DNA of 51,814 nt from an uncultured Candidatus Saccharibacteria bacterium (GCA_964390875.1 CAYMIO010000003.1:1-51814), one strand, 5' to 3'; positions 8,345 through 17,356 are shown, counted from the first letter of the stretch. Program-made: numbers and translations. The notes: generated by a model from the letters alone, not told the origin.

Positions 8345-9715
8345 ATGAAAGAAACAAAGAAACTCGCGATCACGTTCGCAAGCGGCGCAGGAACTGTCAC
8401 CGGTGCCAACTTTCTTCTTGAAGGAGAAGGAAAGAAATTTCTCATCGACTGTGGTCTCGTGCAAAATTCCAAACTCGCCGACGAAGACAACTGGATTCCA
8501 TTTTCATACGACCCAAAGACTATCGATATTCTTTTCATCACGCACGCACATATCGACCACATCGGCCGCATCCCCAAACTCATCCACGATGGTTTCCAGG
8601 GACGCATTATTTCCACTGATGCTACGAAAGACCTCGCACGTCCAATGCTCATGGACACAGTTAATATTCTTTCTCGCGACAAAGAACACGGCCTTGATGC
8701 CTACTACAACGAAGCGACCGTGGAAAAAGCACTCGCGCTCTGGGAAGGTTTCCCATATCACCAAGAAATCAATATCGACCATGGATTCCGTGTCACCCTG
8801 AAAGACGCCGGCCATATTCTCGGTTCAGCCATGGTGCATTTTGTATACAACGAAAAGACAATAGTCTTCACGGGCGACCTCGGCAATTCTCCGTCACCAC
8901 TTCTTCGCGACACAGAAATGCTCGTTGGTGCCGACTACGTAATCATGGAAAGTGTGTATGGCGATCGCAATCACGAGAACCGCGACCAGCGCCGAAAGAT
9001 TTTTGAATCCATCATCGAAGACAACTACAAGCGAAAAGGTACGCTCATCATTCCGACGTTCTCGCTCGAACGTACACAGGAAATGTTGTTTGAGATCAAC
9101 GCACTTGTGGAAGGGAAGCGTATTCCTGAAATGCCGATCTATCTCGATTCGCCGCTTGCTATCAAACTCACGGGTGTCTACAGAAAGCACTCAGAAATGT
9201 ACAACGAAGCCGCGCAGAAACTTCTTGCTGGAGGCGATGACATCTTCAACTTTCCTGGTCTTCGTATCACTCCCGACACCGAAGATTCAAAAGAAATTCT
9301 CCACGCTCCTGATCCCAAAATTATTATCGCAGGAAGTGGTATGAGCAACGGCGGCCGCATCATCCATCACGAACACAACTATCTTCCCAATCCCAACAAC
9401 ACACTTCTCCTCACTGGATACCAGTCGCAGGGAACGATGGGGCGAAAGATCGAAGATGGCGCGAAATTCGTGCGCATCTTTGGTGAAGATGTTGAAGTGA
9501 AAGCACACGTTGCGAAGATCAGCGGATATTCAGGTCACAAAGATTCCGACGGACTCATTAATTTCGTAGAAAATATTGCCAACAGCGTGAAGCGCGTTTT
9601 TGTGGTGATGGGCGAACCAAGGTCTTCACTCTTTCTCGTACAGCGCCTTCGCGATTATCTCGGTGTCGATGCCGTGGCTCCTATGCCGGGAGAGAGAATA
9701 GAGATAGAATGCTAA
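8345..9715 (+). CDS. MBL-fold / beta-CASP family hydrolase (RNase J / CPSF-like)
   Basis: Metallo-beta-lactamase motif ITHAHIDHIGR, followed by a beta-CASP-like region and a C-terminal H (SGYSGHKD). TATACT at 8330-8335, 9 nt before the ATG. Confidence 0.85.
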   Translation: MKETKKLAITFASGAGTVTGANFLLEGEGKKFLIDCGLVQNSKLADEDNWIPFSYDPKTIDILFITHAHIDHIGRIPKLIHDGFQGRIISTDATKDLARPMLMDTVNILSRDKEHGLDAYYNEATVEKALALWEGFPYHQEINIDHGFRVTLKDAGHILGSAMVHFVYNEKTIVFTGDLGNSPSPLLRDTEMLVGADYVIMESVYGDRNHENRDQRRKIFESIIEDNYKRKGTLIIPTFSLERTQEMLFEINALVEGKRIPEMPIYLDSPLAIKLTGVYRKHSEMYNEAAQKLLAGGDDIFNFPGLRITPDTEDSKEILHAPDPKIIIAGSGMSNGGRIIHHEHNYLPNPNNTLLLTGYQSQGTMGRKIEDGAKFVRIFGEDVEVKAHVAKISGYSGHKDSDGLINFVENIANSVKRVFVVMGEPRSSLFLVQRLRDYLGVDAVAPMPGERIEIEC

Positions 9716-9717
9716 TA

Positions 9718-9762
9718 AAAAATTGCCCGTTTCGGTGATCCGAACGGGCAGTTTGTTTTTTT
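9718..9762. terminator. bidirectional intrinsic terminator
   Basis: ttgcccgtttcgg-tgat-ccgaacgggca hairpin with an upstream A-run and downstream T-run, between convergent genes. Confidence 0.75.
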
Positions 9763-9772
9763 GAAATAATCC

Positions 9773-10126
9773 TTACTTTTGCGCGAGCTCTTTTTGTAGT
9801 TCTGGTGCGACGCTTTCGTAATCTGCGCGCAGGTTTTTGAGTAGTTCAGGGATCGTATCCAGATTCGTGAGATTTTTAGAGTTCTGTTCTACAAGGAGAA
9901 TCTTTTCTCCCATATTCCTAATACCAATCATGCTGGTACTCGTTTTTGCTTTATTTGCAACGGTACTCATTTCCAGCCACTTTTTCTCCAGTAGACAGCT
10001 CTCTAGGTTTGCTAAGTACGGCTCTATCTGTTGTAAAAAAAGACTGATGATATTATTTACCATCTGTTTGTTTCCCTGAAAGACTTGATTTAGATACGCC
10101 AGGTCGTATTTCTTTTCTGTTTCCAT
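9773..10126 (-). CDS. Hpt-like four-helix-bundle protein lacking any histidine
   Basis: DLAYLNQVFQGNKQMVNNIISLFLQQ...L..KKWLEMSTVANKAKTSTSMIGI follows the Hpt domain pattern, but the canonical AH.LKGS histidine is Asn and the 117-aa product contains no His at all. Confidence 0.6.
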   Translation of the reverse strand: METEKKYDLAYLNQVFQGNKQMVNNIISLFLQQIEPYLANLESCLLEKKWLEMSTVANKAKTSTSMIGIRNMGEKILLVEQNSKNLTNLDTIPELLKNLRADYESVAPELQKELAQK

Positions 10127-10219
10127 TGTGAATATTGTTTTCCTCTACCATACTCTTTTCCTATATTTTTGCAACAAACCTCTCTTTTCATAGAGGTTCT
10201 TGTGTTACAATCAGAACTA

Positions 10220-10882
10220 ATGAGCGCAGCTGAATTCATTTGCTACAACGGGCCGATAGGGAATGGCGACAAGCACAACCACCTCAAAGTGAAGCTTGGT
10301 GTCTCTGGCGCGGCTGAGACGGGTCACTGCGGCCTTCATGCTCTCGACAGCGCAAAAGAGCTTGGGCGCGAGATCGTCCGTCAGGGAGGCATTCTTGTCA
10401 CAGGTGCATCGACTGGTTTTCCGCTGTGGAGTGCGATGGGTGCGAAAGAAGAAAAAGGTCTCTCTATTGGCCTTTCTCCCGCCGTGAATGAACGCGAGCA
10501 CACCGACGTGTACCGCCTTCCACTCGATTACATGGATCTCATCATCTACACTGGTTTTGGGTATCCTGGCCGCGACATTCTCTTCACACGAAGCTGCGAT
10601 GCTATATTCATCGGCTGCGGCCGCATTGGTACCATCCACGAATTCACCATCGCTTTTGAAGACAACAAACCTATCGGCATTCTGCAAGGGGAATGGGATA
10701 TGGACGAAACTATCAAAACCATCCTCGAACGCAGCCAGCGCCCCAACCCAAAGATCGTCTTCGATACCGACCCCAAGAAACTCGTACAGAAAGTGATGGA
10801 GCTCGTGAAAGCCGACAAAGTGGCCGAATACAAACTCGTAAAGCCAAGCGTGAATTTTACGACGAAGCCGGATGGAGCATAG
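10220..10882 (+). CDS. TIGR00725/LOG-like Rossmann-fold protein
   Basis: LGVSGAA...ELGREIVRQGGILVTGASTG...GLSIGLSP...IGCGRIGTIHEF matches the SLOG/LOG-type pattern. TACAAT at 10206-10211, 8 nt before the ATG. Confidence 0.65.
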   Translation: MSAAEFICYNGPIGNGDKHNHLKVKLGVSGAAETGHCGLHALDSAKELGREIVRQGGILVTGASTGFPLWSAMGAKEEKGLSIGLSPAVNEREHTDVYRLPLDYMDLIIYTGFGYPGRDILFTRSCDAIFIGCGRIGTIHEFTIAFEDNKPIGILQGEWDMDETIKTILERSQRPNPKIVFDTDPKKLVQKVMELVKADKVAEYKLVKPSVNFTTKPDGA

Positions 10883-10895
10883 ATAAAACAGATAA

Positions 10896-10922
10896 CAAAA
10901 AACCCGCCGAAGCGGGTTTTTT
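10896..10922. terminator. bidirectional intrinsic terminator
   Basis: aaaaaacccgc-cgaa-gcgggtttttt between convergent genes. Confidence 0.8.
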
Positions 10923-10923
10923 G

Positions 10924-11268
10924 TTACGAGACAGTCTTTACGATTCGTTCGAATGTTTCAGGGTTGTGCTCGGCGATTTCGGCGAGAACCTTGCGGTCAA
11001 GCGAGATGCTTTTCTTTTTGAGCGCATCGATGAATTTGCTGTATGAGAGACCAAATGCACGAGTGCCGGCATTGATCTTGGTCTGCCAGAGATTGCGCAT
11101 ATCGGTCTTCTTGTCCTTTCGGTGAGCGAATGCGTAGACTCCTGCGTGGCGGATCGCATCGCGAGCCATCGCTTCTTTGGTGCCGCGACCATGGCGGAAG
11201 CCTTTGGTCTGGGCGAGCGTATTCTTGCGACGCTTGTTTTTTATTGTTCCTCGTTTGACGCGTGTCAT
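10924..11268 (-). CDS. rplT: 50S ribosomal protein L20
   Basis: MTRVKRGTIKNKRRKN...AFAHRKDKK... is canonical L20. Confidence 0.93.
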   Translation of the reverse strand: MTRVKRGTIKNKRRKNTLAQTKGFRHGRGTKEAMARDAIRHAGVYAFAHRKDKKTDMRNLWQTKINAGTRAFGLSYSKFIDALKKKSISLDRKVLAEIAEHNPETFERIVKTVS

Positions 11269-11301
11269 GGTAGTTTAAAAAATTAGTGAGTAGTAAACGG
11301 A

Positions 11302-11487
11302 TTACGCATAGGGGATCATGCGGCTTCGGACCTTGTTCTTCATTGAGAAAGAAGTAGCCTTTCGTCCTGCGAGCTGCGTTGTGCGGCTCTGCTTGGCGTT
11401 GAAGTGGTTGAAACCCGGCTTGCGTGAAAGCATTTTGCCGTTTTTCGTGACCCGTATTCGCTTTGTGATCGACTTATTTGTTTTCAT
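11302..11487 (-). CDS. rpmI: 50S ribosomal protein L35
   Basis: MKTNKSITKRIRVTKNGKMLSRKPGFNHF... (61 aa) is canonical L35. The track ORF is extended upstream into infC. Confidence 0.9.
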   Translation of the reverse strand: MKTNKSITKRIRVTKNGKMLSRKPGFNHFNAKQSRTTQLAGRKATSFSMKNKVRSRMIPYA

Positions 11488-12061
11488 GGTGTTTTTCCTC
11501 TGATACTTTGTCGTCCTCCTTTTTCTTGGTATCGCGCTCGATGGTGATCGTGATTCCTTTTGGCGACTTCTTGTATGGTTCTGAAATCTTGTAATGTTCG
11601 GTAATAAGGTGAAGCACTCGTTCAAGACGTTCTTTGAGGAATTTCTCCTCCATGTATTTTGATCGTCCTGAAAGGTAGAGTTCAGCTTTGATTCGGTGTC
11701 CTTCTCGTAGCCACTCGGAAGCTTTCTTTGCCTTGAGTTCTAGATCGTGATCGCCCGTACCGATTTTAACCTGAATCGATTTTGTCTCGGTAGATTTCGC
11801 TCCGGCTTTCGCCTTCTGCTGTTTTTTCTTCTCGAGATAGAGGTATTTACCATACTCCATAATGCGGGCAATCGGGGGCTTCGCATTGGGGGAAATCTCG
11901 ATAAGATCAAGACCTCTGCTCGCAGCACTTTCAAGGGCATCTTTGAAGGGAAGTACCCCAAGATTGGAGCCATCTTCATCGATCACTCGAAGCTCTGCTG
12001 CACGTATCTGGTTGTTTATTCTTTCTCTCAAAATGTGATTGACAACAGAACGCAACCTCAC
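11474..12061 (-). CDS. infC: translation initiation factor IF-3
   Basis: INNQIRAAELRVIDEDGSNLGVL plus the C-domain. GTG at 12061; a non-ATG start is expected for infC and the true start may be a few codons in. Overlaps rpmI by 14 nt. Confidence 0.88.
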   Translation of the reverse strand: MRLRSVVNHILRERINNQIRAAELRVIDEDGSNLGVLPFKDALESAASRGLDLIEISPNAKPPIARIMEYGKYLYLEKKKQQKAKAGAKSTETKSIQVKIGTGDHDLELKAKKASEWLREGHRIKAELYLSGRSKYMEEKFLKERLERVLHLITEHYKISEPYKKSPKGITITIERDTKKKEDDKVSEEKHHENK

Positions 12062-12194
12062 AGCCTAGGCCGAAAAGCCCGTATAAAGGAGGAGCATTAC
12101 CGTGTAAGGAGATAATAGCCTATATTAGGTAAAGAGTCAATGCAGGCAGCGTGCTATCGCCAAGCCTCGATTTCCTTGGTATTGTTGGGTATAT

Positions 12195-12635
12195 ATGAAT
12201 CTCGCAGAGAACCGAAAGGCACATTTTGAATATGAGATCATGGACGATTTCGAAGCGGGAATCGAGCTTTTGGGTTTTGAGGCGAAGGCGATCCGCGCCG
12301 GCAAGGCGAATGTCACCAATGCGTTCGTGATCGTGCGTGGGGGAGAAGCGTATGTTATCGGTATGACTATCGATCCGTACCAAGTGAAAAATACCCCGAT
12401 CAGCTATGTGCCTGATCAAAACCGACGCCTCCTTCTTTCAAAAAAAGAAATCGCTGAAATCGGGAAACAGACCGACGGGCAGGGTTTGACCGCGATTGTG
12501 CTTTTGTTGTATAGTAAGGGTTCGCGAGTGAAAGCAAAAGTCGCTATCGTGCGTGGTAAGAAAAACCACGACAAACGCGAAAGCATCAAAAAGCGCGATC
12601 TCGATCGAGCTCAAAAACGCGGGTTTGATAACTAA
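12195..12635 (+). CDS. smpB: SsrA-binding protein SmpB
   Basis: NRKAHFEYEI...GIEL.GFE.K..R.GK.N...AFV is the canonical SmpB pattern. It sits directly upstream of the tmRNA. Confidence 0.92.
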   Translation: MNLAENRKAHFEYEIMDDFEAGIELLGFEAKAIRAGKANVTNAFVIVRGGEAYVIGMTIDPYQVKNTPISYVPDQNRRLLLSKKEIAEIGKQTDGQGLTAIVLLLYSKGSRVKAKVAIVRGKKNHDKRESIKKRDLDRAQKRGFDN

Positions 12636-12637
12636 AT

Positions 12638-13017
12638 GGGGATGCAGGGCATCGACAAGTAACGTCGTTTCTCTCTGCGTGCCGAGGTCTTGGATCCTCG
12701 TGAATCTTCCAAGAACACACGATCTGCAAAAGAACTTTTTGCCGTGAAGTCACCCTACATGGGTAACTTCGCGTTCGCAGCTGCCTAAACCGCACCTGCG
12801 AGTGTACGCTCTCCCTTAATCCGAGTGGGAGAGTCCGTGCATTATAGTGCTCGGATGTAGAAAGGGAACTCGCCGCGATTCTCTTTCGAAACTAAGCGGC
12901 ATTCCATCATGTGCTCTCGCACTGCTCTTATGCATGATGGAAAAACAGAGCAGCGCTACGCACGTAGACTGATTGAGACTCTTTATTTGCATGTGGGTTC
13001 GACTCCCACCATCTCCA
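12638..13017 (+). ncRNA. ssrA: tmRNA
   Basis: 5' ggggatgcagggcatcgac pairs with 3' ...gtgggttcgactcccaccatctcc (tRNA-like T-arm and acceptor). An internal tag frame ends ...GNFAFAAA-TAA (12741-12788). CCA is not encoded. Confidence 0.9.
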
Positions 13018-13090
13018 CAAAAATAAGAAGCGCCGTCAGGCGCGACTATATTTTTGTCGGATGCCGCACGTACTCGTGCGGCGCCACAAG
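13010..13090 (+). repeat. tRNA/tmRNA 3' trailer module, copy A
   Basis: About 88 percent identical to the reverse complement of 24841-24920. It consists of an A-tract / GC hairpin (gcgcc-gtca-ggcgc) / T-tract, then the hairpin gccgcacg-tact-cgtgcggc. Confidence 0.7.
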
Positions 13091-13102
13091 AGGTTTAGAA
13101 AT

Positions 13103-13140
13103 AAAAAAAGCGCACCTGGTTGGGTGTGCTTTTTATGTTT
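13103..13140. terminator. intrinsic terminator (serves the convergent purCE gene)
   Basis: aaaaaaagcgcacc-tggtt-gggtgtgcttttt hairpin. Confidence 0.7.
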
Positions 13141-13152
13141 TTTAAAATCTCC

Positions 13153-14607
13153 TTAATTAATAAGACTGAAGAAGTAGTTTTCACTCACTTCTTGCCTCAT
13201 TGTTGATACTTTTTTCTTCAGTTCTTCTTTGTAGACTGAAAGATAATTTGCCACCGCTGTGTCGCTTGTTCCAAGAATTTGGAGAGCGATAAGTGCAGCG
13301 TTTCCTGCTCCATCTAACGCAACAGTTGCGACCGGTACCCCAGAAGGCATTTGTAAAATTGAAAGAATTGAATCCCATCCATCAATTGAATTGCTTGATT
13401 TAACAGGTACACCGATGACTGGGAGTGTGGTCGATGCCGCAATCATCCCAGGTAAGTGTGCTGCTCCTCCAGCTCCAGCAATAATTACACGTACACCTTT
13501 ATGTCGTGCGTGAAGCGCAAACATTTCCAGGTCGTGAGGAGTGCGGTGTGCTGATAGAATCCCAAGTTCAAACGGTATTCCTGCTTCGGCAAGAACATTT
13601 GCTGCGAGCTTCATTATGTTCAGGTCAGATTGTGACCCCATCACAATACTCACACGAGCGCCTTCAATCTGTGGACGAATTTTTACCAAGGAAGCACATA
13701 CTTTTTCATAATACGCATCAGGTTTTTCTTCAATGACGAAGTTTCCTTTGTTCCCGGTAAGTTTTTCATACAGCTCAAGGTATCTTTCAGAAATACTTTG
13801 TGTAAACTCAGGAGTAAAAGCGGGCATGATATCTTCGGGTCTGCCTTGATATCCTTGTTCCATTAACCACTCACGCACAAACTCTTTCGAGAGGTGTCGA
13901 GGATCTTCACCTTTCGCAAAGCTTTGTTCGTATCCTTCTGTATACCAATATCGAGAGGAGTCCGGCGTATGAATTTCGTCAATCAAGTAGATTTCTCCAC
14001 TTTCACTTTTACCAAATTCATACTTTGTGTCTACAAGAATAAGCTCGCGTTCTTTTGCCATCTGCTGACCTCTTTGGAAGAGCTCCGTAGCGATTCTTTC
14101 TAGGGTTGCTTTTTCATCCCGTGTTACCAACCCTCTTTTTATGAGTTCTTCCCATGAAATGTCTTCATCATGATCACCCTTTTCAGCCTTTGTCGTTGGG
14201 GTGATAAGTAATTCCGGAAAGATTTCATTTTTTTTGATATCTTTCGATATCTTGTACCCCCAAGGATTTGCTTTACCCACAGAAGTGTAGTTTCTGTAGA
14301 AGCTACCGGTGTTGTATGCACGAACAATGACTTCAAATGGAAAAGTTTCCAGCTTTCGCCAGATTGAAATGTGTGGTGCCGGTACATCGAGTAAACAGTT
14401 GGGACAAATGTCTTCTGTTGCCTTCATAAAGTACTGTGTTATCTGGTTCAGAACGGCTCCTTTGTGAGTAACTTCAAAAGGAAGCACTACGTCAAACGCG
14501 GATGTTTGATTTGTTGTTTCAGCGACAAGTACTTTTCCAACAGTACAGACTCTGCGGACTTTGCCTTCATAGACATTTGTTTGTCCAGGGTAGGGTTTTT
14601 GATTCAT
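13153..14607 (-). CDS. purCE: fused SAICAR synthetase (PurC) and class I PurE (N5-CAIR mutase)
   Basis: The N-terminal about 310 aa is a long-type SAICAR synthetase (LILVDTKYEFG, IDEIHTPDSSRYW). The C-terminal about 165 aa carries IVMGSQSDL, SAHRTP and AGGAAHLPGM, the class I PurE signatures. Confidence 0.88.
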   Translation of the reverse strand: MNQKPYPGQTNVYEGKVRRVCTVGKVLVAETTNQTSAFDVVLPFEVTHKGAVLNQITQYFMKATEDICPNCLLDVPAPHISIWRKLETFPFEVIVRAYNTGSFYRNYTSVGKANPWGYKISKDIKKNEIFPELLITPTTKAEKGDHDEDISWEELIKRGLVTRDEKATLERIATELFQRGQQMAKERELILVDTKYEFGKSESGEIYLIDEIHTPDSSRYWYTEGYEQSFAKGEDPRHLSKEFVREWLMEQGYQGRPEDIMPAFTPEFTQSISERYLELYEKLTGNKGNFVIEEKPDAYYEKVCASLVKIRPQIEGARVSIVMGSQSDLNIMKLAANVLAEAGIPFELGILSAHRTPHDLEMFALHARHKGVRVIIAGAGGAAHLPGMIAASTTLPVIGVPVKSSNSIDGWDSILSILQMPSGVPVATVALDGAGNAALIALQILGTSDTAVANYLSVYKEELKKKVSTMRQEVSENYFFSLIN

Positions 14608-14723
14608 TGTGTTATTTATTTTTTAATTTAGTAAATATTTAATGTACACACTACCAAACCATTGACAGAAAGTCAAAAGTATTAAGTTATGACTTTTTTC
14701 ATTTTTTTTCTATACTATATTTC

Positions 14724-16058
14724 ATGAACCCAACCCTCGCTGTCTCCGGTTACCGCGGCATTTGGGGCGAAAGCCTCACGCCTGAAATCGCCAAGCAATT
14801 CGCTTCGGCATTTTGTCATTTCGTTTTGAAATCTGGCGGAAAGAAAGTCCTTATTGCGCGTGATGCGCGGGGAAGTGGAAAGGAAATCACCGAAGCTGTC
14901 ATTCCAGTATTCCTTTCTGCCGGTATCGATGTTATCGAAACGGGCATTACACCAACACCAACCGTTTTGTTTTTGGTGCGCCAACAAAAGTTGGGTGGCG
15001 CTGTCATTGTGACAGCTTCGCATAACCCTATCGAATACAACGGCCTCAAATTCGTCACCGGTCGCGGACTTTTCACCAATGAAGCTGATGTTGAAGAAAT
15101 GAAGTCTTCGATAGATGTACCTCTTCCTGAAAGTGTCACGCAGGGTGCGCACGTTGTTTCACTTGATCTTTGGAAACAGCATGTCGAGAAAATCGTTTCG
15201 CATGTCGATCAGGGTCTCATCGCGTCAAAGAAATTGAAAGTAGTGGTAGATGTGATCAATAGTGTCGGTGCTGTCGTTGATCCGCTTTTGTTTGAACTGC
15301 TCGGTGTGGAAGCGGTTATTTTAAACGGGACGCCTGATGGAAACTTTGCACATAAGCCCGAACCGCTTCCTGAAAACCTGGGCGAGCTTGGAGAAAAAGT
15401 TCGTGAGCTGAAGGCTGACATTGGCTTTGCGCAAGATCCAGATGGCGACCGCTTGGTGGTGGTGGATGAAACAGGCCGTGTGCTTTTCGAAGAACTCACA
15501 CTTGCACTCGGACTTGTTACGGTTCTCCAAAAAACGCCGGGTGATATTGTTATCAATCTTTCTACCTCGTCAGTCAACCAAATGATTGCAGAAACATACG
15601 GTGGAAAAACATTTCGCTCGAAAGTGGGGGAATCAAATGTGATTGAAGAAATGTTGAAACGAAATGCAGTTGCTGGTGGGGAAGGCGGTGGTGGATTTAT
15701 TTATCCGAAAATGAATGCAGCTCGTGATAGCATTGCGGGAATTGCTGTTATTCTTGAACTTCTCGCGCAAGAAGGAAAACCGCTTTCAGAAATTGTTGAT
15801 ACGCTTCCCAAAACTGTCATGAAAAAAGGAAAACTCCCGATCGGGGATGTGACGATGACTGCTGTATACGAAAAAATGAAAGAAGTGTTTCCAGATGGGG
15901 AAGAGAATACGCTTGATGGCCTTCGCCTTGATTTTCCCGACCGTGCATGGATCCATGTTCGTCCTTCGAACACAGAGCCGATTTTCAGGTACCATATCGA
16001 AGCGTTGGACGAAGCCCGCGCGCATGAGTTACTTGCCGCAGTCCGTGCACTGCTGTAG
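14724..16058 (+). CDS. alpha-D-phosphohexomutase (PMM/PGM/GlmM family)
   Basis: Phosphoserine loop VTASHNPIEYNG, Mg loop FAQDPDGDR, and sugar loop GGEGGGG. TATACT at 14711-14716, 7 nt before the ATG. Confidence 0.85.
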   Translation: MNPTLAVSGYRGIWGESLTPEIAKQFASAFCHFVLKSGGKKVLIARDARGSGKEITEAVIPVFLSAGIDVIETGITPTPTVLFLVRQQKLGGAVIVTASHNPIEYNGLKFVTGRGLFTNEADVEEMKSSIDVPLPESVTQGAHVVSLDLWKQHVEKIVSHVDQGLIASKKLKVVVDVINSVGAVVDPLLFELLGVEAVILNGTPDGNFAHKPEPLPENLGELGEKVRELKADIGFAQDPDGDRLVVVDETGRVLFEELTLALGLVTVLQKTPGDIVINLSTSSVNQMIAETYGGKTFRSKVGESNVIEEMLKRNAVAGGEGGGGFIYPKMNAARDSIAGIAVILELLAQEGKPLSEIVDTLPKTVMKKGKLPIGDVTMTAVYEKMKEVFPDGEENTLDGLRLDFPDRAWIHVRPSNTEPIFRYHIEALDEARAHELLAAVRALL

Positions 16059-16112
16059 GTTCTTTGACACGGTATAGTTTTTGTGCTTTAATATAAAAAA
16101 GCCTTTAACTAT

Positions 16113-16961
16113 ATGAATAAGAAAGAACCAAACACCACAAAAAACAATGAGATTATTGCTCTGTGGAGAATTCATCATCCTGAAAAAAAAGACGACGTAG
16201 AAATAGTACGTCAAAAGTCTTTCCTCAACCTTCAACCTAAAAGTCGTAAGGGGTCTGCAATTAATAAGTCTCCTGAACTTGTCCAAAAAATAAAGAGTTT
16301 TGTGCAAGACGTGCTGGTTGCAAAAGGAGCGGTTATCCCAATGAAGAAAGTTATTTTTGGGCTTAATCAGGGATGTGTATTCCAGCTCGGTGAACTGAAG
16401 ATTGATCCGATCCCACTTGAAAAGCGACGTAAAACCCCTTCAAAGCATCTTAGAAAAAAAGACAAAAAACAAGAAGTGGGGGAAAGAAAAGAAAAAGTAA
16501 TTGTTGCACCACCAGAAGTAGTTCTGGTGCACGGTAAAAACTTTCTTCGAGCGCTTCGTGGCAAAAAGACCACTCGTCAGAAACGTGAAGATTTTGCTCT
16601 TGAAATTGCTCGTTTTCTTGTAAACATGCATATGACAGTATTTCCATCAAAGGAAGCTGAGCTGCTTTCTCGAAGAGGGTCCCCACTATTTCCTGTTTTT
16701 TCTAAAGAAGTAGTAGAGAGTTTGTATCCAATCATGAGTCAATTTGATGAATCAGAAGACGAAAAGTCTGAAGATGAAAAAGAGGCAACTATGGTTGTGT
16801 GCGAACAGATCGCACTCCTTGAAAAAAATAAAGGAATACGCATTGTTTTTACTGATGAAATTGCTCCATATCTTAAATCACTCGTTGCAAGTAAACTAAC
16901 GTTTACCTGTATGAAAAATGAGAAAGATATAGCAGCATTCTTGCTATCATTATTGAAATAA
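16113..16961 (+). CDS. hypothetical Lys-rich protein
   Basis: 282-aa ORF, A+T-rich, with a basic central region and an acidic DESEDEKSEDEKE patch. No recognisable motif. Confidence 0.5.
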   Translation: MNKKEPNTTKNNEIIALWRIHHPEKKDDVEIVRQKSFLNLQPKSRKGSAINKSPELVQKIKSFVQDVLVAKGAVIPMKKVIFGLNQGCVFQLGELKIDPIPLEKRRKTPSKHLRKKDKKQEVGERKEKVIVAPPEVVLVHGKNFLRALRGKKTTRQKREDFALEIARFLVNMHMTVFPSKEAELLSRRGSPLFPVFSKEVVESLYPIMSQFDESEDEKSEDEKEATMVVCEQIALLEKNKGIRIVFTDEIAPYLKSLVASKLTFTCMKNEKDIAAFLLSLLK

Positions 16962-16974
16962 CAATAATGATAAA

Positions 16975-17015
16975 AAATAAAAAGCACCAGCGAGAGTTGG
17001 TGCTTTTATGTTTTT
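16975..17015. terminator. bidirectional intrinsic terminator
   Basis: aaaagcaccag-cgagag-ttggtgctttt between convergent ORFs. Confidence 0.7.
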
Positions 17016-17259
17016 ACATTTGCGACGATAGTCGCTCGCGAATGGAGCGTCGGACGCTCATATTCAAATAGGCTTTTTCCGTGATAAAAGTTTCAATCTC
17101 TATTCTTTTAAAAAAGGAAAACCACACGCCTTTTTTACATACTATGCCATCTGGCTTACCTTGTAAAAAACTTTTGAGGCCTTCGATGGTGAGTGTATCC
17201 AGTAATTGCTCTAGTCTCGAAAGTCGATGTGTTTCGAATACATATTTAGTATCTGTCAT
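17014..17259 (-). CDS. hypothetical small protein
   Basis: 81-aa ORF convergent with 16113..16961. No family recognised. Confidence 0.35.
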   Translation of the reverse strand: MTDTKYVFETHRLSRLEQLLDTLTIEGLKSFLQGKPDGIVCKKGVWFSFFKRIEIETFITEKAYLNMSVRRSIRERLSSQM

Positions 17260-17356
17260 GAGGTGTATTTTTAAATTTCATTTTTTACGATAACGTATTT
17301 CCCGTATAAATACAACTCTTCCGAAACGTCAAATGTTCGTGTATACTACGCCCGTT

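Noticed and set aside
12909-13145. 78-aa plus-strand ORF overlapping the tmRNA 3' domain, and ORFs 12553-12747 and 12586-12795
   Set aside because: They overlap the tmRNA gene and its trailer and terminator hairpins, so the tmRNA call explains the sequence.
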